This document shows, one piece after another, positions 36,280 to 44,785 of a DNA stretch of 48,391 bases. Made by a program: the position numbers and the translations under genes. Where the stretch lies: positions 1-48,391 of the forward strand of contig JAZRNU010000031.1 in assembly GCA_045648325.1 (NCBI GenBank), read 5' to 3'. Numbering within the stretch: position 1 is the stretch's first letter; the number at the start of each line of letters is the position of its first letter. Below the pieces are notes generated by a model that saw only the letters and a list, made by a program, of their open reading frames with translations, ran no database searches and was not told the origin of the DNA. The stretch is from Eubacteriales bacterium. GTDB taxonomy: Bacteria; Bacillota; Clostridia; Oscillospirales; RGIG5299.

Positions 36280-37041
36280 ATGAAGATTTTACGATTTGAA
36301 TTTAAAAACGAAATAAGCTACGGCGTTTTGAAAAACGGGGTAATTGATTATATTGCCTCGCCCTTTGACAGCCCCCTTATCTACCTCGGAAAGAGCGCAA
36401 TGCTTTCGGAGGTAAGGCTTCTTGCGCCGATAACTCCCTCAAAGATAGTTGCGGCAGGTCTTAACTACCGCGCCCACACCAAGGAGCTTTCGGAAAAGGA
36501 GCCGCTTGAGCCGCTTTTCTTTTTAAAGCCCGCAACCTCGGTGATAAATCCGTTTGACGAGGTGCCGATCTACAAAAACGCAGGCAGGACCGACTACGAG
36601 GCGGAGCTTGCGGCGGTTATAAAAAAGGAATGCAGGGGAGTCACTCCCGAGGAAGCCGACGGTTATATTTTGGGCTACACCGTTTTAAACGACGTTACCG
36701 CCCGCGATCTTCAGAAAAAGGACGGCCAGTGGACCCGCGCCAAGGGCTTTGACGGATACTGCCCCATTGGTCCCGTAATCGAAACCGAGCTTGACGTCAC
36801 CGCCCTTTCGGTTGTGGCGGAGGTTGACGGTGAGATAAGGCAAAACGGAAGCACTGCCGATATGATATGGAACACAAAAGAGCTCGTTTCCTTTGCCTCG
36901 AATATTATGACCCTTTTGCCGGGCGACGTTGTTTCCACCGGCACTCCTCCCGGAATAGGTGAGGCAAAAGACGGCGAAACGGTGAAAATTACCGTTTCGG
37001 GCATTGGCACACTTGAAAACAGATACGTTAAAAAGGACTGA
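36280..37041 (+). CDS. fumarylacetoacetate hydrolase (FAH) family protein
   Basis: 253 aa. Has GLNYRAH, FFLKP.TS, DYEAELA.VI, GYTV.NDVTARDLQ, KGFDG..P.GP and TGTPPGIG. Confidence 0.88.
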   Translation: MKILRFEFKNEISYGVLKNGVIDYIASPFDSPLIYLGKSAMLSEVRLLAPITPSKIVAAGLNYRAHTKELSEKEPLEPLFFLKPATSVINPFDEVPIYKNAGRTDYEAELAAVIKKECRGVTPEEADGYILGYTVLNDVTARDLQKKDGQWTRAKGFDGYCPIGPVIETELDVTALSVVAEVDGEIRQNGSTADMIWNTKELVSFASNIMTLLPGDVVSTGTPPGIGEAKDGETVKITVSGIGTLENRYVKKD

Positions 37042-37046
37042 CACAA

Positions 37047-37697
37047 ATGAATAAAACAATAATATTTGATCTCGACGGCACGTTGCTTAACACCCTTTCC
37101 GATCTTGCCGATTCAATGAATGAGAGCTTGAAATCTCTTGGCTACGGCGAGCACGAAACCGAGAAATACCGCTATTTTGTGGGAAACGGCGTTAAGGAGC
37201 TTGCAAGAGGCGTTTTGCCCGAGAATGAAAAAACCGAGGAAAACATTGGCAGACTTTTAGAGGTCTACCACGGAGTTTACAAGAAAAATCAGTTTAACAA
37301 GACCGCACCCTACGACGGAATTTTAAACGCCGTTTTGGCGCTTAAGGAAAAGGGCTTTAAGGTCTGCGTTCTTTCAAACAAGCCCGACCCCAACACCAAG
37401 GAGATTGCAAAATTTTATTTCAACGGCATCTTCGACGAGGTTTTGGGTCAGAGCGTGGCTTTCCCCCGAAAGCCCGACCCTGCGGCGGCGCATTATCTTT
37501 TAAATAAAATGGATTCCGCGCCCGAAATCTCCTACTTTGTGGGTGACAGCAGCACCGATATGAAAACGGGCAAGGCGGCGGGAATGATAGCGGTTGGCGT
37601 AACCTGGGGCTTCAGAGATGAGCCCGAGCTTTTGGAAAACGGCGCCGACATTATAGCAAGAGATCCTTCGGAGCTTCCGAATCTTATAAAATTTTAA
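37047..37697 (+). CDS. HAD-superfamily hydrolase, phosphoglycolate phosphatase-like
   Basis: IIFDLDGTLLNT, VLSNKP, VGDSSTDMKTGKAAGM. Confidence 0.82.
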   Translation: MNKTIIFDLDGTLLNTLSDLADSMNESLKSLGYGEHETEKYRYFVGNGVKELARGVLPENEKTEENIGRLLEVYHGVYKKNQFNKTAPYDGILNAVLALKEKGFKVCVLSNKPDPNTKEIAKFYFNGIFDEVLGQSVAFPRKPDPAAAHYLLNKMDSAPEISYFVGDSSTDMKTGKAAGMIAVGVTWGFRDEPELLENGADIIARDPSELPNLIKF

Positions 37698-37717
37698 ATT
37701 GAAAGGATTTGAAAACT

Positions 37718-38563
37718 ATGAAAAAGAAATGGATCATTTCAGCCGACAGCGGCTGTGACCTCCCTTTGGAGATCAAGGAAAAATATGACATTCGTACTCA
37801 GAATATCTGGGTAATTTTAGGTGAAAAATCGGGAAAGGATTGCGAGTTTACTCAAAAGGAGCTTTATGATTACGCCGATGAAACCGGCAAGCTTCCCCAG
37901 ACCGGCGCCATTTCTCCCATCGTTTACGAGGAAACCTTTAAAAGCTGTCTTGAAGAAGCCGAAAACGTCGTTCACGTTTCACTTTCAAGCGGAATTTCCT
38001 CCTGCAACCAGAATGCCTGCCTTGCTGCGAGTGAGCTTTCAAACGTTTACGTTATCGACTCAAAAAATCTTTCGTCGGGATTCGGTCATATCGTTTATAA
38101 GCTCTGCGAGCTTCTTGAGGGTGGTATGGAGGTAGCCGACGCAGTAAACGAGATCGAAGCAATGAAGGATAAGGTTGACGCCTCCTTCGTGCTTAACACC
38201 CTTGAATATATGAAAAAGGGCGGCAGATGCTCCACCGTTGCGGCGCTTGGCGCAAATTTACTTAAGTTAAAGCCCTGCATTGAGGTTAAGGACGGCAAAA
38301 TGGGCGTTTGCAAAAAATACAGAGGCAACCTTGCCGACGTTCTGAAGCAGTACGTTGACGAGCGTCTTGCAGATATTGAGTCGATTGACGATAAGAGAAT
38401 TTTCATCACCCATTCGGGAATCGACGCCGAAATCGAAAATGCAATTTACGAGCAGGTAAAGGCAAAGAATTACTTTAAGGAAATTCTTATCACCACCGCA
38501 AGCTCCACTATTGCAACACACTGCGGACCCAGCACTCTCGGCGTGCTTTTCATAAAGAAATAA
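37718..38563 (+). CDS. DegV-family fatty-acid-binding protein
   Basis: WIISADSGCDLP, TGAISP, SSGISSCNQNA, EYMKKGGR, and ...THSG near the C-terminal half, typical of DegV. The track start is the TTG at 37709. Confidence 0.85.
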   Translation: MKKKWIISADSGCDLPLEIKEKYDIRTQNIWVILGEKSGKDCEFTQKELYDYADETGKLPQTGAISPIVYEETFKSCLEEAENVVHVSLSSGISSCNQNACLAASELSNVYVIDSKNLSSGFGHIVYKLCELLEGGMEVADAVNEIEAMKDKVDASFVLNTLEYMKKGGRCSTVAALGANLLKLKPCIEVKDGKMGVCKKYRGNLADVLKQYVDERLADIESIDDKRIFITHSGIDAEIENAIYEQVKAKNYFKEILITTASSTIATHCGPSTLGVLFIKK

Positions 38564-38566
38564 TTA

Positions 38567-38602
38567 AAAAAGGCGGGTTTAAACCCGCCTTTTTTGTTTT
38601 TT
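38567..38602. terminator. bidirectional intrinsic terminator
   Basis: Stem aggcgggttt / aaacccgcct flanked by A-runs and T-runs. Confidence 0.8.
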
Positions 38603-39308
38603 AATAAAAAAGTCTTTTTCTTATTTCCTCTTGCCAATTCTTTTTACTTTGCAAAAGAGCAAAGGCGGCGGCAAAGACCGCGCCTACGATTAAAACGTAA
38701 AGTGACCAATGGAAAATCGCGGTTTTGAAAACGAAGAAATCAACCGCAACCTCAACCGCAACAGCCAGAACGCCAATGCAAAGCGCGGTGTGACCCGCCT
38801 TGTGAAGCGCCGGAACCGTCTTTCTCGTGTAGATAAACGAAAGAAAGGCGGAAATTATAAAGCCCGAGCCGATTATCGGCAACGCAAGCCTTAAATACCA
38901 ATCGAATCCGTTTAACTGCCAGGCAATAAGGGCAACGTAAACGGCGGTTGCCGCAGTGTTTGATAAAACGTAGAGAAACGGCATTGCCTTTTTGTAAAGA
39001 AGCGGAAGCAAAACGTAAACGAAAAGGCAGGCAAGCGCCCCCACGACGTAAAGCGACCAACTTAAACGGTGGTTTACCGCAACGTTGCAAAGCACGGTAA
39101 CGGCGGCAGGCAAAATGAGAAGAAGCGATGCAAGACGCACACCGAATTTATAGTCTATCTTCTTCATTATATTGTCGATTCTGTCGGGATATGGCTTTGA
39201 TTCGGGCTCCTTCCACGGAGAAACGGGATTTATAACGGGGGTGCTGCAAAGCGGACAGCTTTTTTCCGCCGCGGCAAGCTCAACGCCGCAATTTACACAG
39301 TAAGACAT
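38601..39308 (-). CDS. zinc-ribbon membrane protein (DUF6320-like), 235 aa
   Basis: ATG at 39308 after an AGAGGTGA RBS (the track start at 39335 would overlap the upstream stop). N-terminal CxxC...CxxC (YCVNCGVELAAAEKSCPLCSTP) is followed by about five or six TM helices. Confidence 0.65.
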   Translation of the reverse strand: MSYCVNCGVELAAAEKSCPLCSTPVINPVSPWKEPESKPYPDRIDNIMKKIDYKFGVRLASLLLILPAAVTVLCNVAVNHRLSWSLYVVGALACLFVYVLLPLLYKKAMPFLYVLSNTAATAVYVALIAWQLNGFDWYLRLALPIIGSGFIISAFLSFIYTRKTVPALHKAGHTALCIGVLAVAVEVAVDFFVFKTAIFHWSLYVLIVGAVFAAAFALLQSKKNWQEEIRKRLFY

Positions 39309-39318
39309 ATCTTCACCT

Positions 39319-40602
39319 CTATCTGTTGCTTTCAACGGTAACGTGAATTCCGTCCCTTACAAGACGGCGGCAAAATTCTCTTTCAACGTCGGAATTTACA
39401 ATCGAGCGCACCATATTTATCGTGGTAACGCCGCCGAAGCTTATCATCGCAAATGCCGAGGGGTTTTTAGAAAGAGCGCCGAGCATAAAGTCAAATCTCT
39501 CAATATACTGCGACATTTCCTTTGGCAAATTGACCTTGCCGAGATTTGAAAGGGTGGTTGCCGAGCTAATGTCGCCGTTTTTCTTAAACGCCATCTTCAA
39601 AACAACGTTTTTGATAAAAAGCGGAACGATTCGCACAAGAAGATTGCGCTCGTCGCCAACGTTTGCTGAAATTTTCGTGTTAAGATATTTTTCGGTGCCG
39701 TAAAGACCCATCTGATGCTTTACAACCGAGGTAATTTCCTCAAAGGTGTATTCGCCAAGACCGTAATCAACGCCGACGTTTACAAACTCCGCAAAGTTGC
39801 GAAGCGTTTTTGCACCGTAAAACTTTCTCAAATTAACGGGAACGCAGATTTTAACGGGCAAGCTTCGCTCGCTTTTCTTTTTTTCCGAAAGCTGCACGGT
39901 GTGGTAAGCCGCAATGAGCTGCGAAACGAGATATTCCGTTATACTGATGCCCCTTATTCGCGAGCGCTTCAAAAGAGCCTCGGTGTCGATAATGGCGGTG
40001 ATAACGTTTATAATGCCCTTTTCTTCCTTTTTGCCCTTTTGGCGGTAGGAAACCTCTTTTTTGCGCTTTTGCCTTATTTTTCGGGCATATTTGAGGTAGC
40101 AATCCTCAAACTCCTCGGGGGAAGGGGGATCGTTGCAATCGAGAATGCCGTCGCCCCTTGGGATTTTAGTGCCGTATTTAAGCTCAAGATATTCTGCAAT
40201 AAGGGTTTTTAAAAATATAAGACCTCCCGTACCGTCGGTAAGCACGTGGAAAAATTCAAGCGCAATTCGGTTTTCGTAATAGCGCACGCGGAAGCAATAT
40301 CCGCCCGTTTGGTGAAAATCAAAGTTTGCGCAGGGGTTTTTAACGTCCTTTTCCGGTGAGGGAGGCTTCTCGATTGAATCGAGATAATACCAGAAAACAC
40401 CGCGGCGAAGCCTTAAGCAAAGCGACGGAAATCGCTTTGCCGTTCTTTCCTCGGCAATGGCAAGAATTTCGGGGTCGACCCTTTCTTTAAGAAGAGCCGA
40501 AAGGCGAAAGGTTGCCATCCAGCCGCCCGAACGGGAGGCAGGATATATTTTTGCCGCATTATCAAGCTTAAACCAGCTGTTTTTCTGAAGATTATTATTC
40601 AT
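39319..40602 (-). CDS. HxxxD-motif acyltransferase (condensation/alcohol-acetyltransferase/WS-DGAT-like superfamily)
   Basis: 427 aa. N-terminal WFKLDNAAKIYPA and the catalytic-type motif FHVLTDGTGG. Its start overlaps the upstream stop by 8 nt (ATGAATAA). Confidence 0.6.
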   Translation of the reverse strand: MNNNLQKNSWFKLDNAAKIYPASRSGGWMATFRLSALLKERVDPEILAIAEERTAKRFPSLCLRLRRGVFWYYLDSIEKPPSPEKDVKNPCANFDFHQTGGYCFRVRYYENRIALEFFHVLTDGTGGLIFLKTLIAEYLELKYGTKIPRGDGILDCNDPPSPEEFEDCYLKYARKIRQKRKKEVSYRQKGKKEEKGIINVITAIIDTEALLKRSRIRGISITEYLVSQLIAAYHTVQLSEKKKSERSLPVKICVPVNLRKFYGAKTLRNFAEFVNVGVDYGLGEYTFEEITSVVKHQMGLYGTEKYLNTKISANVGDERNLLVRIVPLFIKNVVLKMAFKKNGDISSATTLSNLGKVNLPKEMSQYIERFDFMLGALSKNPSAFAMISFGGVTTINMVRSIVNSDVEREFCRRLVRDGIHVTVESNR

Positions 40603-41479
40603 CTAAAACAAAATCCTTAATCTTTTGTTTTGCCGTTTCCGCCTCGGCGCAGGGGTAAAGCGGATAAACGTGCCACATGCCCTTTTCCAAAAACAGCTCG
40701 TGGCGAACGTCGCCTTTAATAAGTGCCGATGCGATAAGCAGACTGTCGGAGTGCAAAAGCTCCTCGGTTCCCGCAATTACAAGCACGGGAGGAAATCCCG
40801 TAAAGTCGCCGTAAATTGGGGAGATAAAGGGGTTTTTGGAGTCCTCGTTATCAATATATGCTTTAGCATACCCTCTTAAGCTCTCTTCGTTTAAGGTGGG
40901 GTCGGTTTTTGTGTTTGTAAGATAGGAAAGACCCGAAAAAGAAAGGTCGGTCCAGGGTGAGATAACCGCAAAGCGGTCGGGCATCGGGGCACCGCACTGC
41001 TTTAATTTAAGTCCGAGTGCAAGCGAAAGGCCGCCGCCTGCCGATTCGCCGATTATTGCAATTTTTTTATTTGGAAATTTTTCCTTTAAGCGAAGATAAG
41101 CCTCGTAGGCGTCCTCAACGGCGGCAGGGTAGGGATTTTCGGGAGCTTTGCGGTAGTTTACACACAAAACGGGTGCCAAAAGCATCTTCGAAAGGGTGCC
41201 GCCAAAGCTTTTGGAGTAGTTTGTACCGCCCGAAACGTAGGCGCCGCCGTGAAGATAAAGCACAGCCACCGGACCCAATTCGCTATCCTTGGGATAAGCA
41301 AACGCCGCCTCGAAATTTTCAAACTCCTCTTTTTCAAAGCAGACCTCTCCCGCAAGAGAGCGCACTCCGATAACGCCAAGGCGTTCCTGACCTGCACGCA
41401 TAAGGGAAAGCGAGGTGCTTGAAACGGCACCTTTTACAGTGTTGAGTAGCTTTTCGAGAAGCTTCGTTTTAATTTCCAT
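40595..41479 (-). CDS. alpha/beta hydrolase, hormone-sensitive-lipase-type esterase
   Basis: HGGAY oxyanion motif, GESAGGG nucleophile elbow, and a C-terminal GMWHVY His. The ATG shares one base with the prfB stop (TGATG). Confidence 0.8.
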   Translation of the reverse strand: MEIKTKLLEKLLNTVKGAVSSTSLSLMRAGQERLGVIGVRSLAGEVCFEKEEFENFEAAFAYPKDSELGPVAVLYLHGGAYVSGGTNYSKSFGGTLSKMLLAPVLCVNYRKAPENPYPAAVEDAYEAYLRLKEKFPNKKIAIIGESAGGGLSLALGLKLKQCGAPMPDRFAVISPWTDLSFSGLSYLTNTKTDPTLNEESLRGYAKAYIDNEDSKNPFISPIYGDFTGFPPVLVIAGTEELLHSDSLLIASALIKGDVRHELFLEKGMWHVYPLYPCAEAETAKQKIKDFVLDE

Positions 41480-42603
41480 CAGTCAGCCTTACCTATTTTC
41501 TTATGGTTTTCCATCTGGAGATAAGCGTTTATAAAGCCGTCGATCTCGCCGTCCATAACAGCGTTTATGTTGCCCATTTCGTAGTCGGTTCTGTGGTCCT
41601 TTGCAAGGGTGTAGGGCATAAAGACGTAGGAGCGGATCTGACTGCCCCAGGCAATATCCTTGTGGGTGCCTCTTATATCCTCGATCTTTTCAAGATGCTC
41701 TCTTTCCTTGATCTCAATGAGCTTGGAGCGAAGCATTCTCATTGCAACCTCGCGGTTCTGATGCTGGCTTCGCTCAACCTGACAGGCGCAAACGATGCCG
41801 GTGGGAATGTGGGTAATTCTTACCGCGGAGTCGGTTTTATTAACCTTCTGACCGCCCGCACCGCTTGAACGGTAGGTATCCACCTTGATATCGTCGGGCT
41901 TGATGTCGATTTCAACCGAGTCGTCGATTTCGGGCATAACGTCAACCGAAGCAAACGAGGTGTGACGTCTTCCCGACGAATCGAAGGGTGAAACTCTTAC
42001 AAGACGGTGAATGCCCGCCTCGCTTTTCAAAAAGCCGTAGGCGTTCTGACCCTCTATAAGAATGCTGGCGCTTTTTATTCCTGCCTCGTCGCCGTCGGTG
42101 TAGTCGAGAATTTTGTAATCAAAGCCGCTTCTTTCAGCAAAGCGGGTATACATTCTGTAAAGCATTTCAGCCCAGTCCTGCGCCTCGGTGCCGCCTGCAC
42201 CTGCGTGGAAGGTGATAATTGCATTGCTGTTGTCGTATTCGCCCGAAAGGAGAGTTGAAAGCTTTTGCTTTTCATATTCCTTTTCAAAGTCCGAAACGGC
42301 AGCCTTAACGTTCTGAAGCTCGCCTTCATCGTCAAACTCAATGCAAAGCTCAACGAAAGCCATGGCGTCGTCATACATCTTGCAGAGATTTTCATACTCC
42401 GCAAGCTTGTCCTTCATATTCTTGAGGAGCTTTAAGGTCTTCTGACCCTCCTCCATATTCTGCCAGAAGGATTCGTCGGCAGTCTGCTTTTCAAGACGGT
42501 CAATCTCTGCCTTGACCTTTTCAATGCCAATGGCGGTGCCAAGCATTTCAAGGTCCTCCTTCATATTTACGAGTGTAAGCCTGAGTTCATCAAATTCTAC
42601 CAT
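41479..42603 (-). CDS. prfB: peptide chain release factor 2, encoded without the programmed +1 frameshift
   Basis: SPF motif (RVSPFDSSGRRHTSFASV), GGQ motif (YRSSGAGGQKVNKTDSAVRITHIPTG) and HAGAGGTEAQDWAEML. One continuous ORF runs from the ATG at 42603 (GGAGA RBS; the track start is the TTG at 42615). Confidence 0.93.
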   Translation of the reverse strand: MVEFDELRLTLVNMKEDLEMLGTAIGIEKVKAEIDRLEKQTADESFWQNMEEGQKTLKLLKNMKDKLAEYENLCKMYDDAMAFVELCIEFDDEGELQNVKAAVSDFEKEYEKQKLSTLLSGEYDNSNAIITFHAGAGGTEAQDWAEMLYRMYTRFAERSGFDYKILDYTDGDEAGIKSASILIEGQNAYGFLKSEAGIHRLVRVSPFDSSGRRHTSFASVDVMPEIDDSVEIDIKPDDIKVDTYRSSGAGGQKVNKTDSAVRITHIPTGIVCACQVERSQHQNREVAMRMLRSKLIEIKEREHLEKIEDIRGTHKDIAWGSQIRSYVFMPYTLAKDHRTDYEMGNINAVMDGEIDGFINAYLQMENHKKIGKAD

Positions 42604-42626
42604 AATTATCTCCAAATTAAGTCAGA

Positions 42627-43409
42627 TTACAGTTGGGTTGAATCGGGAAGGGTGATAATTGCATCGGGTTCTGTTTCGGTGTAAATTCTGCAATTTATCT
42701 CGCTGCCGTCGGCAACCTTAACGAGGGTGTAGGTGATTTCTTCCTTCAAAAGAGTTTCGGCGCCGTCAAACTCTGCCTTAACTCTTATATTCTTTGCCTT
42801 GTATTCGCCCTTTGCGCCGTATTCGAGAAGAAGCTCGCCGTCGGTTGCTTCAAGGAAGGTTACGTCGACCTTTATAACGTCGCCCTCAACCGAGTGAGAA
42901 AATGCGGTAATAACAAGATCCTCGTAGTTGAAGTCTGCGCCGAGCTTTATTCTTGCGTGGGCAATTTCATCGTATGCAACTCTTTCGAGAATGGGGCCTG
43001 CAAAGCCCGTCTGGGGAATAGAAGCGGTTTCACCGTTGCAGGAGAAGGTGTAGCTTGAGGTTCCGCCGAAATGCTCAACAAGATAAACCTCGCCGTTCTT
43101 TCTGGTTATTTTGTCAAAGGTGAAATAACCGGGGCCCTGGGGCTGGAAAAACGACAAAACGGTGTTTAAGGTAACGTCACCCTCGGTGTAATCTCTTCTG
43201 AAAACAACGTTTAAGTAAGAAAGTCTTACAGAAAGAGCCGAAACGTAATCGTCAAATGCGCTCTGCTCCTCGGCAGAAAGGGTAATCGAAACGGGCGGCT
43301 CCGATGAAACGGGGGGCTCGCTTGAGGTAACACCGCCGTCGCCGTTGCAGGAGACAAGAGCAAATACGGTAAGTAAAACCGCGATAATTAAAGCAATTTT
43401 TTTCTTCAT
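42627..43409 (-). CDS. lipoprotein of unknown function, 260 aa
   Basis: MKKKIALIIAVLLTVFALVSCNG is a signal peptide plus lipobox, followed by a tandem SSEPPV SSEPPV linker. The track N-terminal extension to 43571 lacks an RBS and is rejected. Confidence 0.6.
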   Translation of the reverse strand: MKKKIALIIAVLLTVFALVSCNGDGGVTSSEPPVSSEPPVSITLSAEEQSAFDDYVSALSVRLSYLNVVFRRDYTEGDVTLNTVLSFFQPQGPGYFTFDKITRKNGEVYLVEHFGGTSSYTFSCNGETASIPQTGFAGPILERVAYDEIAHARIKLGADFNYEDLVITAFSHSVEGDVIKVDVTFLEATDGELLLEYGAKGEYKAKNIRVKAEFDGAETLLKEEITYTLVKVADGSEINCRIYTETEPDAIITLPDSTQL

Positions 43410-43546
43410 AATAAGGTTCTCTCCAATAAATAATTTAATAATAATATATTTTACAATATTTTCTCCCCAAAAGCAAGTTTTATATTGTAAAAATTCCTTT
43501 TCTTTTCGGCTGTTTTGCGGGTTTGGTAAAAAAACAGGAGAGGCAG

Positions 43547-43642
43547 AGGGTAAATGAAAACATTGAAACAAAAACGCTTTGCAGACTTTGCGCGGCGCTT
43601 AACTGCAAAATAGAAGATATCGTTGAATACGTCGAGGAATAA
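43547..43642 (+). pseudogene. 5'-truncated remnant of a small HTH (YozG/HTH_26-like) regulator gene
   Basis: The frame ending at the TAA at 43640-43642 reads ...RVNENIETKTLCRLCAALNCKIEDIVEYVEE. This matches the conserved C-terminus of short Cro/CI-type regulators (..F.TL.KLC.ALNC...DI.EYV). No HTH-coding N-terminal part or start codon lies upstream. Confidence 0.5.
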
Positions 43643-43643
43643 A

Positions 43644-43677
43644 AAATCCACGCCTTCCGGCGTGGATTTAATTTTTT
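43644..43677. terminator. bidirectional intrinsic terminator (serves trxA on the minus strand)
   Basis: Stem atccacgcc / ggcgtggat with loop ttcc, flanked by A6 and T6 runs. Confidence 0.8.
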
Positions 43678-43681
43678 AAAA

Positions 43682-43993
43682 TCAATCAAGAAGTGCAAGT
43701 ATTGCCGCCTTGGGCTTTGCGCCCATGCTCTGCGTTACAGCCTCGCCGTTTTTGAAAATTATAACGGTGGGAATGCTCATAATTCCAAACTGTGCCGCAA
43801 GCTCCTCTTCCTCGTCAACGTTTACCTTGCAAACGCAAAGGTCGCTGCGCTCCTCCGAAATTTCATCAATAATCGGGCCAAGCATTCTGCAGGGGCCGCA
43901 CCACGATGCCCAGAAATCAACCAGAACGGTTTCGTTCTCGGTTATGATCTTTTCAAAATTGTCTTTGGTAAGATGAATTACTGCCATTTTCAA
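43682..43993 (-). CDS. trxA: thioredoxin
   Basis: 103 aa with the WASWCGPCRMLGP active site. Confidence 0.95.
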   Translation of the reverse strand: MKMAVIHLTKDNFEKIITENETVLVDFWASWCGPCRMLGPIIDEISEERSDLCVCKVNVDEEEELAAQFGIMSIPTVIIFKNGEAVTQSMGAKPKAAILALLD

Positions 43994-44017
43994 TTCTCCT
44001 TTTTAATTATTATATCA

Positions 44018-44566
44018 TCAGCTGTGAATTTTATTCTTAAGCCTTTGCAAAACCGGCATTACCGCAATGAGCAAAAGCGAAAATACGGGAATTTCAACGA
44101 TAAGTGAAATGCTTCTTGTGATAAGCAGCTCAAAAAAACCCTTTGACGAGAAGAAAAACCAGATAAGAAAGGTGTTTACGGGAAGATAAACAAGCGTTTG
44201 CGTTATAATAACCGTTACGGGGTATTTTATAAATCCGCGAGTCTTTTTAAGCAAAACCCCCGAAACAAGCCATATTATAAGCGGCGCAATAACGTGTGCG
44301 GCGGCAAATGCGGGGTTGTAGGCACCGCCCGAGGGGTTAAAAAGGGTGGAAAAAAGGTCGCAAAGAAAGCCCGCCGCCATTCCCGCAGGGGCGCCGTAAA
44401 GAAGAGTTACGGCATAAAGGGTAATAAGCCAGACGGAAAACTGCTTAATAAGCACGCCGCCTATTGGAATTTGTACCACCAGAAACGAAAGCGCCGTGCC
44501 AAGGGCAATAAACATTGCCACAGCGGTAAGGTCGGCTAAAACCAGCCTTTTCTTTTTGCTTTTCAT
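44018..44566 (-). CDS. folT: ECF-transporter S component, folate family (FolT-like)
   Basis: 182 aa from the ATG at 44566. About six TM segments. YGAPAGMAAGFLCDLFSTLFNPSGGAYNPAF resembles the FolT core YGP.GG...G..GD......P.G.Y.PGF. A THF riboswitch lies upstream. The track extension to 44632 overlaps the terminator and is rejected. Confidence 0.75.
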   Translation of the reverse strand: MKSKKKRLVLADLTAVAMFIALGTALSFLVVQIPIGGVLIKQFSVWLITLYAVTLLYGAPAGMAAGFLCDLFSTLFNPSGGAYNPAFAAAHVIAPLIIWLVSGVLLKKTRGFIKYPVTVIITQTLVYLPVNTFLIWFFFSSKGFFELLITRSISLIVEIPVFSLLLIAVMPVLQRLKNKIHS

Positions 44567-44593
44567 AAAATCAATTCCTCTCTGCAACTCCGC

Positions 44594-44640
44594 AAAAAGA
44601 AATCGAAAAGGCGGCAGACGCAAAAACGCCATTGCCGCCT
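44594..44640 (-). terminator. riboswitch expression-platform terminator
   Basis: On the minus strand, aggcggca ... tgccgcct is followed by TTTTCGATTTCTTTTT. An alternative pairing of ccgcc (44655-44659) with ggcgg of the 5' terminator arm could act as an anti-terminator. Confidence 0.65.
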
Positions 44641-44650
44641 TATATTATCT

Positions 44651-44745
44651 TTCGGCGGAACGGGAAAACGGCACCGCAGGGAAAAGCCCTTTCGTCCGCC
44701 CGACTGCTCCTGTCAAGGCGGCACTTCACGCACCGTAATCTCAAT
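44651..44745 (-). promoter_or_regulatory. THF (tetrahydrofolate) riboswitch aptamer, folT motif
   Basis: The minus strand reads ACGGU GCGUGAAGUG CCGCC-loop-GGCGG ACGAA-hairpin-GCGGUG CCGU. This is collinear with the conserved THF-I core (GCGUNAAGUG, stem, ACGAAG, hairpin, GCGGUG). It lies upstream of a folT-like gene. Confidence 0.65.
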
Positions 44746-44751
44746 AAACTA

Positions 44752-44779
44752 ATTATATCACAACGGGCTGAAAAATCAA
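44752..44779 (-). promoter_or_regulatory. promoter of the riboswitch-folT-trxA unit
   Basis: On the minus strand: TTGATT, a 16-nt spacer, then TATAAT with TGA (extended -10). Confidence 0.5.
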
Positions 44780-44785
44780 TAGCTT

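Noticed and set aside
41479-42615. Expected +1 programmed frameshift site (CUU UGA) in prfB.
   Set aside because: The frame is continuous from the ATG at 42603 through the SPF and GGQ motifs, with no in-frame stop near codon 25.
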